64,000 nucleotides of DNA. Source: Mustelus asterias (Eukaryota). The notes beneath the pieces were generated by a model that made no database searches, had not been told where the DNA came from, and worked only from the letters and a program-made list of their open reading frames with translations. The number at the start of each line of letters is the position of its first letter. Within the stretch, counting starts at the first letter, position 1. This document shows, piece by piece, positions 50,380-63,277 of the stretch. The stretch is taken from NCBI RefSeq assembly GCF_964213995.1, contig NC_135801.1, positions 84,568,001 through 84,632,000 of the forward strand, given 5' to 3'. Position numbers and translations under genes: made by a program.

Positions 50380-51050
50380 CTGCTTGTCTGGCTCACTCCC
50401 AATCTCTTTATGCTCACTCACTCTCACAAACGCATACTCCTCCGCCAAACACACATTCTCCACCCCCCCCACTCTCACGTTCCAACCATCACACTCAATA
50501 ATGACAGCCATCTTGATTTCACTGCTACTTCTTCCAACGCCTCCACTGTTGCTAAACTATCATCCTGCTTATTCGACTCGGTGAGCAGAAATTTCCCCAA
50601 TTAAATATTGGGAAGACTGAAGCCATTGTTTTTGGCTCCCACTTGAATCCCCATTCTGTAGCTACTGACTCTATCGCTTGCCCTGTCAATAGGTCGAGAT
50701 TAAGCTAATTTGCAACCTTGGTGCCATGTTTGATCCCAAGATAAGCTTCTAACCTCATATTTGCATCATCACTAAGACTGTCTCTGTAATCACACTTGGT
50801 TTCACCCCGTCTCAGCTCGTCTGTTGCAGAAACCTTTATGCCTTCGTCATCTCTAAATACGACTCCCCCATATGCATTTACATGGTCTCCCACATTCTAG
50901 CCTTGTAAAACTTGAGGCCATCCAAAGCTATTGTCCTTATCTCAACTCACATCAAGTCCTATTTCCCCATCATTCCAGTGCTGGCTATTCTGCACTGGCT
51001 CCTGGTAAAGCAATGTCTTGATTTTTAAATTCTCCTCCTGTTTTTTCAAA
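50380..51050 (+). mobile_element. L2-type LINE RT 3' fragment, decayed
   Basis: gggaagactgaagccattg...catcactaagactg...tttaaattctcctcctg, the last part shared with the fragment at about 6670-6850. A minus-strand L2 tail lies at about 9950-10380. Confidence 0.5.
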
Positions 51051-51669
51051 CATTATGGGGGAGAGGTTAACCAGGGAAAGAGTACAGCCCCTTCTCGACC
51101 AAGGGGGAAATCTGTATGTGAAGGCACAGGACATTTGAAGAGTGTTAAATGAATACTTCTCATCGATCTTCACGAAGAAAAAGGAGAACATAGAAACAGA
51201 ATTCAGGAAAAGGGACTGAGGGGTCATTGAACAGTTTGACATAGGAAATCAGGAGGTATTGGAGGCACTGACCGGCTTTAAAATGAACAAATCCCCAGGT
51301 TGCTGTAGGAGGCAAAGCAGGAATTTGCAGGGGCTCTGACACAAATGTTTAATTCCTCACTGGCCATGGGGAAGTGTCAGCAGACGGCTAACGTGGTTCC
51401 CAGGGAATTCCCATGCAGTTCTTACTGGAGGACTTCTTTGGGCGGGGGGGGGGTTTTCTGAGGTACCTTTGGGGTACAACCCCCTAGGGAAACAGAAGTT
51501 CTGAGCCATTGTTTAATACATATGTCAGATTAGTTCGATTGGAAGCACACTTCCCATTGAGTCAGAAGGTTGAGAGTTCAAATTCAACTCCAAGCATATA
51601 ATTGAGCTTTAGATTCCAGTGCAGTACTGAGGGGGCACTGCATTGTTCGAGGTTATCCCTCAGATGAGA

Positions 51670-52009
51670 TCATAGAATCATAGAAACCCTACAGTGCAGA
51701 AGGAGGCCATTCGGCCCATCGAGTCTGCACCGACCATAATCCCACCCAGGCCCTACCCCCACATATTTACCCACTAATCCCTCTAACCTACGCATCCCAG
51801 GACTCTAAGGGGCAATTTTTAACCTGGCCAATCAACCTAACCCGCACATCTTTGGACTGTGGGAGGAAACCGGAGCACCCGGAGGAAACCCACGCAGACA
51901 CGAGGAGAATGTGCAAACTCCACACAGACAGTGACCCGAGCCGGGAATCGAACCCGGGACCCTGGAGCTGTGAAGCAGCAGTGCTAACCACTGTGCTACC
52001 GTGCCGCCC
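51670..52009 (-). mobile_element. HE1-type V-SINE, full length, nested in a Deu-type SINE
   Basis: Complete head, V-domain and tail. The host sequence cagatgagat|gttaaac is split by it. Confidence 0.93.
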
Positions 52010-52402
52010 GATGTTAAACTAAAGTTACCATTTCCCTTCCCAAGCATTCAATTGAATGTTTAAGTTCCAATTATATTATTAGAATTCAAGGAGTTTTTTT
52101 TGGTGTCCTGGCCAACATTCCTCCCTCAATAACACCAAAACAGATGAATTACTTGTTGAAATAAGAACAAATTTTTGGAAACACCTGGAGAGTGGGAGTA
52201 AACATTTCAAATCCAATGTTGACTCAAAATGTTAACTCTCTCTCTCTCCACAGAGAAACACCTATATACATAACAGAGAAAGAGTTAACATTTTGAGTCA
52301 ACATTGGACTTGAAATATTAACTCCCACTCTCCCTCCACAGGTGATGTCAGACCTGCTGAGTTTTTGAAGTAGTTTGTTCTTATTTCAAATTTCCAGTAT
52401 CT

Positions 52403-52634
52403 GATTTGTCACATGTATACAGTGAAAAGTATAGTTTCTTGTGCACTATACAAAAAATACAGTTCATAGAGTACATAGGGGAGAAGGAAAGGAGAGTGTA
52501 ACACTATATTTTGCACAGTCATAGCCAGGGTGTAGAGAAAGTTCAGCTTAACATATGGCAGTTCCATTCAAAAGTCTGATGGCAGCAGGGAAGAAGCTGT
52601 TCTTGAGTCAGTTGGTGTGTGACCTCAGACTTTT
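52403..52634 (-). mobile_element. Non-LTR element 3' end (Rex1/Babar-like); second copy at about 49866-49965
   Basis: Both copies share gatttgtcacatgtat...aaaagtat.gtttcttg...agaaggaaaggaga. This copy also has the gggaagaagctgttc motif. Confidence 0.45.
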
Positions 52635-55600
52635 CTGCAGTATTTTGCTGTTAATTACTCATTGATCTAATTGTTATTGAATTTACTTACACAGCAACAG
52701 GCACTGGATCTCAAAGTACCTTTCATTAAAAGTAAAGCACTTTTGAGGTATTTGTAAATAAATAAGGCACAAGTCAAAAACTTTATTTTGAATGTTTTAG
52801 TTGATGCAAAAATACTAATAAAGAAGATATTTAAAAATATGCACAAGTTATTATAAAAACTTATTTTCAGTTACATTATTGCAACTTTTAGACAAATAAA
52901 TAATTTTGAAGACATAATCTTAGTTTGGTGAAAAAAGTTGTTATATCACTTAGTTATAAATAACATATAGAAGCACCCATCAGTGTGAACTTGAAACTGT
53001 ATCGGTACTCCTGGAGCTGTTCAGTTCTGATTTCCTATTCCACTGAGTTTCTAATAAGTGCTCCTGTAGTGAGATGGAAAGAGGCTGCCAGTCACTCCCT
53101 TGCAAAACTGATGATGGAAGTAAGTGGAGACAAGAATAAATACAGATGGGACACTTTCATACTTCCACTTAGAGGTTCAGCAAAAACACCACTATTTTCC
53201 TCAGAGTAGGTTAGTCGATAGACAGTAGGGCAGTGCTGTGATAGAATGAAAATGTGTGTGTGGCGGGCGGGAGGAGGGGGGGGGGGGTGGAGGAGGAAGC
53301 GAGAGAGACTAGATAAACAAGTAACAAATCTTTATTTTGGTTGTGTTGCAAGACATTTAAAAACACATTTCAGTTCTGAGCATAGCCAAATCTCAATTTA
53401 CTGTTGCGATGGAGAATTTTCAGTAACTTCCACAATATCAAAAAGGACAAAGTTAAAAGGGACAATGTTAAAAAGGAAGAAAAGTTAGAAAAATATTCAA
53501 GATGGCAGAGATTAAGCATCACGCAAACTAACTGCAGATTTAAGCCAACAATATACAGAAAAGTAACCAGTGGCTAATATTTATTTGCAATGCAAAACTA
53601 ATAATCAAATGTTTTGCAGTCAGAGCAATCAAACTTAATTGTTTGGAAACCTTGCTGAGGGATGATGATAGTAATCTCTGACCCACCACCTGAGCCACAT
53701 GCAAATTGGCATTGGGTCGAGCAGATTAGACAATTAACAGTGTGGTTCAAAGAGTGGTTTGGGAAGAAATGTTTTCAATCCATGGGTCATTTGTCACCAG
53801 TACTGTCTTACATCAGCAACCCCTTATTTTTGAACAGTGATCCCCTGGTTCTAGATTCTCCCACACGAGGGAACATCCTTTCCATATACATCATAGAACT
53901 AGGACAGGGCAGTGGATGGCAATTTAACCCAAAAGGCAGGCTGGGCTGGGTTGAGTCAGGTTTAAAAATTCAAGGCAGCAGAACAATGTATTGATTTGGG
54001 TAAAGACAAGCAAACTGGGACAATGTGGCACAGAGTAATATTGAATAAAGTCCATGCAACGAATTTTGGTTAAAAACAAATTAAAGGCTCTTTATTTGTA
54101 TGCACAAAGCATTCATAGTGCGAAATGCAAACTAACAGCACAAATAGATACAATTGGTCTGTTTCTATTTGTCATATAGGCAGTTGGTTACATGGTAACC
54201 AAGGTTCAAACATAAATATTCCAGGATTCACTAAGTTTTGAAAAGACAGTCAGAATGGAAAAAGAGTAGTGGCCTGATGATGAAGGATGGCATAAGGACA
54301 GTGATAAGAAAGGTGTTTGGCTCAGATTAGGCAGTAAAATTAGCATGGCGTGCAGATTAGGAATAACAAAAGTCAGGAACTGTTAGTGAAGGTAGTTTAA
54401 AGGTCCCTTAATGGCACACGCATCATTGGATAGTGTATTAAGCAAGAAATAATCGAAGCTTGTCACAAAGGTAATGTAATAAGTGTGGAAAAATTCAAAC
54501 ATCTCAGTCTGAACAAATCAAATTGGCTGGAAAATGAGTTTGAAGAATGCTTTTTAACAGCCACTTAACACATTATGGAACAAACTAGAAATAAGGCAGA
54601 GTTAATTAGTAATCTCATAGTAAAATATCCTCTGGTGAAAAAGTGATAATACAATTGAATTCCATATTAAATTTGAGTGCGACAGATTTCAGTCAAAAAC
54701 TAGAATCCTAAACTTCAACAAAATCAGTTACATCGCGATGAGTGGACAGCTGGGCAAGGTTTATTGGGTCAATAAACTAAGATATGGCAGTAAATAAAAA
54801 GTGGGAAACATTTCAAGAAACTATTCAAATGCTTAACAATACCATGTTCTATTTTTAAAAATTGAAAGATCCACCCGTGCCTAACTAAGGGAGCTAAGGA
54901 TAGTATTGTATTAAAGGAGGAGGCTTATAATATTGCAAAGAATAGCAGTAAGCCTGACAATTGGGGGAATTTTAGAAAGCTTCAAAGTATGACCAATAAA
55001 AAAAATACAATGAGAGTAAAATAGCCAGGATGTGGAGATGGATGTGGAAAGGATACTTCCTCTGGCAAGTGAGTCCAGAACTACGGGGCACTATTTGTAA
55101 ATTAGAGATCACCCTTTTAGAACAGAAGTGAGGAGAATTTATTTCTCTCAAGAGGGTTAGACAACTTTGAAACTTTGCACCAGAAGGTGTGTATACTGAA
55201 CATTTTCAAGGTGGAGGTAGTTAGATTCTTGTTAGGTCAGGGAATCAAAAGTAATAGGGGGTAGATGGGAGTGTGGAATTCAAAACTCAAACAAATCAGC
55301 CATGACCATTTTAAATGGTAGAGCAGGCTCAGTGGGCCAAATGGCTTACTTGTGCTCCTATTTCTATGTTCACACAGACATTCTTGAAGTTCACATCACT
55401 CAAAAGAAGATTACAGAGAGGGGAAAGATAGATTGTCAAACTAGAGTCCATTAAATTGAGAGAGAGTATGTATAGTCTAGTTTGCGGACTCAGCTGGCTT
55501 CAAACTTAATATGAACTATCTTGATGCTTCCAATTTAAAGATGTAAACAACCAAGTTGGTTGTTCTTCAGGTAACAGTACAGACAGATTGGATTCTTTAA

Positions 55601-56406
55601 AGAAATCTCTATCTGCAGTAGTGTGTCCCTGGAAAATCAGAGTCAGCTAACAGGGCTTGGAACTTATCAAGTGGGTTGGAGTAAAAAAATTACTATTGGC
55701 ATAAAGCACATCTTCATGACAGTATATAAAAAGGAGAATAGCAAAAGTAAACATTGGTCTTTTAAAGGCAGACAGGAGAAATTGGGAATGAGTAAATGCC
55801 AGAGACGTTGAACAAATATTTTGTTCCAGCCTTGACAATAGAAGACAGAAATTACATATCTGAAATAAAGGACAACTAAGGGCGAAGAGTGAGGAACTTA
55901 ATTAATATCAGGAGAGAAAAGAAAACTATGGAACTAAAAGCTGATAAATCCCAAGGGCTTAATGGCAAACACCTAGGGTCTAAACGAAGTAGCTTCAGAG
56001 ATAGTGTATACACAGGTTGTAATTTTCCAAAACTCCCATGTCTCAGCAGATTGGAAGTTAGCAAATCTAACATCCTATCCAAAGAAGGAAGAGACAGGAA
56101 ACAGGAAAGTACAGGCCAGTCAATCTAACATGAGTCATTGGGAATCCAATTTATCAAGAGTTTTTTGAGGATATAACTGATGGGATAAGTAATGGAGAGC
56201 CAAAAAAAAATTAATATACTTGGCTTTCCAAAAGACATTTGATAGGATGTCACACAAAAGGTTTATATGCAACATAAGGGCTTGTGGATTAGTAGTAGTA
56301 CATTAATATGGATGCTGGGTAGGGTAACAGGGAGTTAACAGTGAATTAGGATAGCTGGGCATTTTCAAGTTGACAGACTGTACCTAGTAGAGTGTTGCAA
56401 GGATCA

Positions 56407-58363
56407 TTAGAGTCATAGAGGTTTACAGCATGGAAACAGGCCCTTTGGCCCAACTTGTCCATGCCGCCCTTTTTTTAAAAAAACCCCTAAGCTAATCCCA
56501 ATTGCCCGCATTTGGCCCATATCCCTCTATACCCATCGTACCCATGTAACTATCTAAATGCTTTCTAAAAGATAAAATTGTACCCGCCTCTATTACCTCT
56601 GGCAGCTTGTTCCAGACACTCACCACCCTCTGTGAAAAGATTGTCCCTCTCAACACTTTTGTATTACTCCCCTCTCATCTTAAACCTATGCCCTCTAGTT
56701 TTAGACTCCCCTACCTTTGGGAAAAGATATTGACTGTCGACCTTGTCTATGCCCTTCATTATTTTATAGACCTCTATAAGGTCACCCCTCAGCCTCCAAA
56801 ACTCCAGAGAAAAAAGTCCCAGTCTATTCAGCCTCTCCTTATAACTCAATCCATTAAGTCCCGGTAGCATCCTAGTAAATCTTTTCTGCACTCTTTCTAG
56901 TTTAATAATATCCTTTCTATAATAGGGTGACCAGAATTGCACACAGTATTCTAAGTGTGGCCTTACCAATGTCTTGTACAATTTCAACAAGACATCCCAA
57001 CTCCTGTATTCAATGTTCTGACCGATGAAAGCAAGCATGCCGAATGCCTTCTTCACCACTCTCCACCTGTGACTCCACTCAAGGAGCTATGAACATGTAC
57101 CCCTAGATCTCTTTGTTCTGTAACTCTCCCCAACGCCCCACCATTAACTAAGTCCTGCCCCTGGTTCAATCTACCAAAATGCATCACCTCGCATTTGTCT
57201 AAATTAAACTCCATCTGCCATTCGTCAGCCCACTGGCCCAATTGATCAAGATCCTGTTGCAATTGGAGATAACTTTCTTCACTGTCCACTATGCCACCAA
57301 TCCTGGTGTCATCTGCAAACCATGCCCCCTATATTCTCATCCAAATCATTAATATAAATGACAAATAACAGTGAGCCCAGCACTGATCTCTGAGGCACAC
57401 CGCTGGTCACAGGCCTCCAGTTTGAAAAACAACTCTCTACAACCACCCTCTGGCTTCTGTCAAGAAGTCAATTTTGTATCCATTTAGATAAATCTCACAG
57501 GATCCCGTGAGATTTAACTTTATGCAACAACCTACCTTGTCAAAGGCTTGCTAAAGTCCACGTAGACAACATCAACTGCACTGCCCTCTTGGTTACCCCT
57601 TCAAAAAACTCAATCAAATTTGTGAGACATGATTTTCCACTCACAAAGCTATGATGACTGTCCCTAATCAGTCCTTGCATCTCTAAATGCCTGTAGATCC
57701 TGTCTCTCAAAATACCTTCCAACAATTTACCCACCACAGATGTGAGGTTCACTGGCCTGTAGTTCCCAGGCTTTTCCCTGCAGCCCTTTTTAAACAAAGG
57801 CACAACATTTGCCACTCTCCAATCTTCAGGCACCTCACCCGTGACTATCGATGATTCAAATATCTTGGCTAGGGGACCCCCAATTTCCTCCCTCGGCTCC
57901 CACAACGTCCTGGGATATACTTCATCAGGTCCCGGGCATTTATCTACCTTGATGCGCTTCTCTGTAATATGCACACTCCTCAAGATTCCCCAAGTTCCCT
58001 AACATCCATGCTTTTCTCAACAGTAAATACTGATGAGAAATATTCATTTAGGATCTCACCCATCTCTTGTGGATCCGCACATAGATGACCTTGTTGATCC
58101 TTAAGAGGCCCTACTCTCTCCCTTGTTACTCTTTTGCCTTTTATGTATTTGTAGAAGCTCTTTGGATTCTTCTTTGCCTTATCTGCCAAAACAATTTTGT
58201 GTCCCCTTTTTGCCCTCCTGATTTCTCTCTTAATTCTACTCCTACACCCCCTATACTCTTCAAGAAATTCACTTGATCCCAGCTGCCTATGCATGTCATG
58301 CGCCTCTTTCTTCTTCTTGACCAGGGTCTCAATATCCCAAGTTATCCAGGGTTCCCGACTTCT
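56407..58363 (-). mobile_element. 5'-truncated CR1 LINE nested in an older CR1
   Basis: Minus-strand RT ORFs across 56664-58456. 3' tail at about 56410. Confidence 0.92.
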
Positions 58364-58740
58364 AACAATAGGCCGGTGCATTTCAATGGGGTGCAATGAT
58401 CTCCTGCTAAGTATCAGTAGAGTGCAACGACCTTTGATGGGTGATTGATGGGTCAAGCCCAGACATGTTTGTGTATTTGTACAATTGGCCTGCCCGAGGT
58501 TTGACTGTTTGATTTTAATATGCCCAATTCTTTAATTTAGGATATCCAATTTAATCAGCCTTAAAACTAGGCCCTGGTTATATTACCACATTCCCTCCTC
58601 TTGATCCAGTGAGCGTCAGCGAACCGGATTACATAATTCTTACCAAACCATCTCAACAAGCAAGTACCCGAATCTGGGGTTGATAGCATCATCCCTAACC
58701 CACAATAGTACCAACAAATTTAAATGAAGTAAAATAATTT
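58364..58740 (-). mobile_element. Possible LTR-element/ERV fragment (PPT and start of the 3' LTR)
   Basis: Minus strand reads AAGAGGAGGGAA|TGTGGTAAT at 58602-58582: a polypurine tract immediately followed by TG. Confidence 0.5.
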
Positions 58741-59451
58741 TTTAAAAAACAATAAGATGCTGAGGACTCTGCTATTTACAAGCTATATTAATAGCTTAGA
58801 CAAAGAGATCAAAAGTAATGGGTCTGGTTGGCTAATTACACAAGTTAGGTAGGAATGTAAACTGAGGAGAACACAAAGAGGCTGCAAAGAGAGGTAAGTA
58901 GATGGACAAAAAGATGTCATATAATGGGGGGATGTTTAGGTCATTTGCTAATAAGAATAGAAAACCAGATTTTTTTTTAAAAAGGTGTGGAACTTTTAAA
59001 TGCTGATGTTCAGAGAGACTTGGATATGCAAGGAACGAAGTTAGCATACAGAAAAAGCAAACAAGTGGCATGTTGGCCTTTATTGCAAGTGGATTGGAGT
59101 ACATGAATATGGAAGTCTTGCGACAATTGCACAGGGCTTTGGTGAGACCCACATCTATAGTAGTGTGTGCTGTTTTGGTCTCCACACCCAAGGATGAATA
59201 TACTTGCAACTGTCCAGCAAAGATTCACTAAGGTTCACAAAGGTTTCCGGGATGAAACGCTGAGTAAAGTGGAAATTAGAAGAGTAGATGATCTCATTGA
59301 AACATAAAAGATTCTGAAAGGGCTTGATAAGGTATATATGAAAAGATTGGTTCCGCTGGCTGAGGAATCTAAAACCCAGGGGCAGAACCCCAGGATAAGA
59401 GTTAGGACTGAAATGAGAGGTAATTTCTTCACTCAAAAGGTTGTGAATTCC

Positions 59452-61213
59452 CTAGCCAAGCCGTTCCAGTACAGCTACAACACTGGAATCTACCTGGCAA
59501 TGAGGAAAATTGTCCAGGTTTGTCCTTGCACAAGAAACGGGACAAATCTAACCCGGCCAATTATTGCCCCATCAGTCTACTCTTAATCATCAGTAAAGTG
59601 ATGGAAGGGGTCATCAACAGTGCTATCAAGCGGCACTTACTCAACAATAACCTGCTCACTGACACTCAGTTCAGGTTTCACCAGGATCACTCAGCTCCTG
59701 ACCTCATTACAAACATGGATAAATGAGCTGAGGTGAGAGTGACTGCCCTTGACATCAAGGCAGCACTTGACTGAGTATGGTATCAAGGAGCCCTAACAAA
59801 CTGGAGTCAATGGGAATCAAGGGAAAACCCACTGCTGGTTGGAGTCATGCCTAGCACAAAGGAACATGGTTTTGGTGGTTGGAGTTCAAGCATCTCAGTT
59901 CCAGTTAATCACTGCAGGCGTTTCTCAGGCTAGTGCCTTAAGCCCAACCATCTTCAGCTGCTTCATCAATGACCTTCTTTCCATCATGAGATCAGAGGTG
60001 GGGATGTTCGTTGATGACTGTATAATGTTTAACACCATTCACGACTCCTAAGATACTGATGCAGTCCAAGTCCAAATGCAACAAGACCTGGACAATATCC
60101 AGGCTTGGGCTGACAAGTGCCAAGCAAAATTTGCACCATGCAATGGCCAGGCATTGACCATCTCCAATGAGAGAATCTAACCACCACCCCATGACATTCA
60201 ATGGCATTATCATCACTGAATCCCCCACCAACAACATTCTGAAGGGGTTACCATTGACCAGCAACTGAACTGGACGAGCCACGTATATAGTTTGGCTACA
60301 AGAGCAGGTCAATGCCAGGAATCCTGCAGCAATAACTCGCCTCCTGACTCCCCAAAGCCTGTCCACCATTTACAAGGCATAAATCATGGAATACTCTCCC
60401 TTTGCCTGGATGAATGCAGTTCCAAAAACACTTGAGGCTGGACACATCCAGGACAAATCAGCCTTCTTGATTGGTACCCCTTCCACAAACATCCCCCACT
60501 GATGCAGAGTAGTAGCATTTTGTATCATCTACAATGTGCACTGCAGGAACTCACCAAGTCTCCTTAGGCAGCATCTTCCAAAACCATGACTGCTACCATC
60601 TAGAAGGACAAGGGCAGCAGATATACCTGGGAACACCACCATAGAAATCATAGAAACCCTACAGTGCAGAAGGAGGCCATTCGGCCCATCGAGTCTGCAC
60701 CGACCACAATCCCACCCAGGCCCTACCCCCACATATTTTACCCGCTAATCCCTCTAACCTACACATCCCAGGACTCTAAGGGGCAATTTTTAAACCTGGC
60801 CAATCAACCTAACCCGCACATCTTTGGACTGTGGGAGGAAACCGGAGCACCCGGAGGAAACCCACGCAGACACGAGGAGAATGTGCAAACTCCACACAGA
60901 CAGTGACCCGAGCCGGGAATCGAACCCAGGACCCTGGAGCTGTGAAGCAGCAGTGCTAACCACTGTGCTACCGTGCCACCTGGAGGTTCCCCTCCAAGTC
61001 ACTCACATCCTAACTTGGAAATATATCGCTGTTCCTTCACTGTCACTTGGTCAAAACCCTGGAACTCCTGCCTAACAGCATGGTGGGTGCACCTATAGCT
61101 CTGTGACTGCAGCTGTTCAAGGCAGCAGCTCACCATCACCTTCTCAAGGGCAATTAGGGGCAGGCAATAAATGTTGGCCTCGCCAACGATGCCTGCATCC
61201 TGCAGATGGATAA
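59452..61213 (+). mobile_element. CR1-group LINE family B (RT to 3' end)
   Basis: Translates DKSNPANYCPISLL, TAGVSQASALSPTIFSCFIND and MFVDDC. 3' end gggcaattaggg..caataaatgttggcc. Confidence 0.85.
60640..60979 (-). mobile_element. HE1-type V-SINE, full length, nested in a LINE
   Basis: Complete head, V-domain and tail. Confidence 0.93.
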
Positions 61214-61248
61214 AAGACCCCGTTCAAAGGGCCTGGTCAAAAATTAGA

Positions 61249-61490
61249 TGTGGAGATGCCGGCGTTGGACTGGGGTAAACACAGTAAGAAGTTTAACAAC
61301 ACCAGGTTAAAGTCCAACAGGTTTATTTGGTAGCAAAAGCCACACAAGCTTTCGGAGCTCTAAGCCCCTTCTTCAGGTGAGTGGGAATTCCCACTCACCT
61401 GAAGAAGGGGCTTAGAGCTCCGAAAGCTTGTGTGGCTTTTGCTACCAAATAAACCTGTTGGACTTTAACCTGGTGTTGTTAAACTTCTTA
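61249..61490. mobile_element. Minimal palindromic Penelope-like derivative
   Basis: Tail plus a perfect palindrome (61284-61491) centred on GAATTC. TSD caaaaattaga at 61238-61248 and 61491-61501. Confidence 0.92.
61391..61435 (+). ncRNA. Minimal hammerhead ribozyme motif (mirror copy on the minus strand at about 61340-61384)
   Basis: cac-CTGAAGA-a-ggggc(ttaga)gctcc-GAAA-gc-TT-gtg. Confidence 0.75.
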
Positions 61491-62177
61491 CAAAAATTAG
61501 AGCCAGGCCTTTCAGGAGTGAAATTAAGAAACCTTTATAAAGCTTTTTCCATGAGCAAACAATAGCAAATGCAGGGATTAGAAAGTGGAGTTTAGTTGTT
61601 CTTGAAGCTGAACATCTTCCTCAAGACTTTTACCATCTTCATTTGGTGACTGTTGAAATTATAGCACCATTGTTTTTACAAGCAACCGTGACAGTACTGG
61701 AGGGATTAATCACCTGAGCATTTGCCTGCAAACAGATCATAGCCTAGTACATGCAAAGGATTGTAGAAGTTTGGGATACTTTTCCACAAACAGCAATTGA
61801 TAATCAGTCATTAAGATTAAATTGGAGATTGACACTTAGGTGAGCCACATTCTTACAGCACCTTTCAAAGGAGAAAAGACTTGCATTTAGATGGTGCCTT
61901 TCAATGTTGATTGAAGGATAAATGTTGGCCAGAACTGTAGGAATAACACTCATAGGCATCTTTGAAATAGTGTCAATGGATCTTTTAAGTCCACCTGAGA
62001 GGGGTCAATTCTAACGTCTCATCCGAAAGACGGCACCTCCGACACTTGCAGCATTACACTGACGCCTTGATTGGAGTGAGAGTTGAACCCAAAACCTTCT
62101 TATGGGAAACTTATGTGGACTTGCCAACATTATTGCATCCCAGGAACAAAAACATAACCACTGCGTTTCTCTAATCG

Positions 62178-63277
62178 TGATGTGGAGATGCCGGCGTTGG
62201 ACTGGGGTAAGCACAGCTGAAAGATGCCCTCATAAGAACAGGATATGGTGCTCGACTCATCGATCAACAGTTCCGACGCGCCACAGCGAAAAACCGCACC
62301 GGCCTCCTCAGAAGACAAACACGGGACACGCTGGACAGAGTACCCTTCGTCGTCCAGTACTTACCCGGAGCGGAGAAGCTACGGCATCTCCTCCGGAGCC
62401 TTCAACATGTCATTGATGAAGACGAACATCTCGCCAAGGCCATCCCCACACCCCCACTTCTTGCCTTCAAACAACCACGCAACCTCAAACAGACCATTGT
62501 CCGCAGCAAACTACCCAGCCTTCAGGAGAACAGTGACCACGACACCACACAACCCTGCCACAGCAACCTCTGCAAGACGTGCCGGATCATCGACACGGAT
62601 GCCATCACCTCACGTGAGAACACCATCTACCAGGTACACGGTTCCTACTCTTGCAACTCGGCCAACGTTGTCTACCTGATACGCTGCAAGAAAGGATGTC
62701 CCGAGGCATGGTACATTGGGGAAACCATGCAGATGCTACGACAACGGATGAATGAACACCGCTCGACAATCACCAGGCAAGACTGTTCTCTTCCTGTGGG
62801 GGAGCACTTCAGCAGTCACGGGCATTCAGCCTTGGATCTTCAGGTAAGCGTTCTCCAAGGCGGCCTTCACGACACACGACAGCGCAGAGTCACTGAGCAG
62901 AAACTGATAGCCAAGTTCCGCACACATGAGGACGGCCTAAACCGGGATGTTGGATTTATGTCACATTATCAGTAACCCCCACAGCTTGCCTCCTGGACTT
63001 GCAGAATTCCACAAGCTGTTCTGTCTGGAGACAATACACATCTCTTTAACCTGTGTTGAATGCTCCCTCCACCCACATTGTCTGTACATTTAAGACCTGG
63101 CTGGCTGTAGAGATTTGCATTCTAATCAGTATTCTGTAATTTGATTTCTGTGTCTGTGCCCTGTTTGAGAACAGATATCCACTCCATCTGACGAAGGAGC
63201 TCTGCTCCGAAAGCTTATGGTATTTGCTACCAAATAAACCTGTTGGACTTTAACCTGGTGTTGTGAGACTTCTTACT
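62178..63277 (+). mobile_element. Penelope-like element, 5'-truncated; open frame 62217-62975 covers RT C-terminus/linker and GIY-YIG
   Basis: Translates RVPFVVQYLPG...PCHSNLCKTC...VVYLIRCKKGCPEAWYIGET...GLNRD. Inverted 39-nt tail at the left end. TSD gtttctctaatcg at 62165-62177 and 63278-63290. Confidence 0.93.
63184..63220 (+). ncRNA. Minimal type I hammerhead ribozyme motif in the Penelope pLTR
   Basis: ccat-CTGACGA-a-ggagc(tct)gctcc-GAAA-gc-TT-atgg. Stem I is ccat/atgg, stem II is ggagc/gctcc, and stem III is the palindrome AGCT. Confidence 0.8.

Larger units (their letters stand above)
53640..59450 (+). mobile_element. Old degraded CR1 (ORF1 end, EN, RT) hosting nested insertions
   Basis: SDPPPEPHANW (ORF1), decayed EN at about 54080-54700, RT at about 55750-56405 resuming at about 58758 (caaggatca|tgctgagg). 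Nested CR1 3' pieces, for example at about 55030-55370. Confidence 0.7.

Noticed and set aside
61284-61491. DNA-transposon MITE
   Set aside because: The sequence is wholly Penelope pLTR, with an asymmetric tail and an 11-bp TSD like the longer copies.
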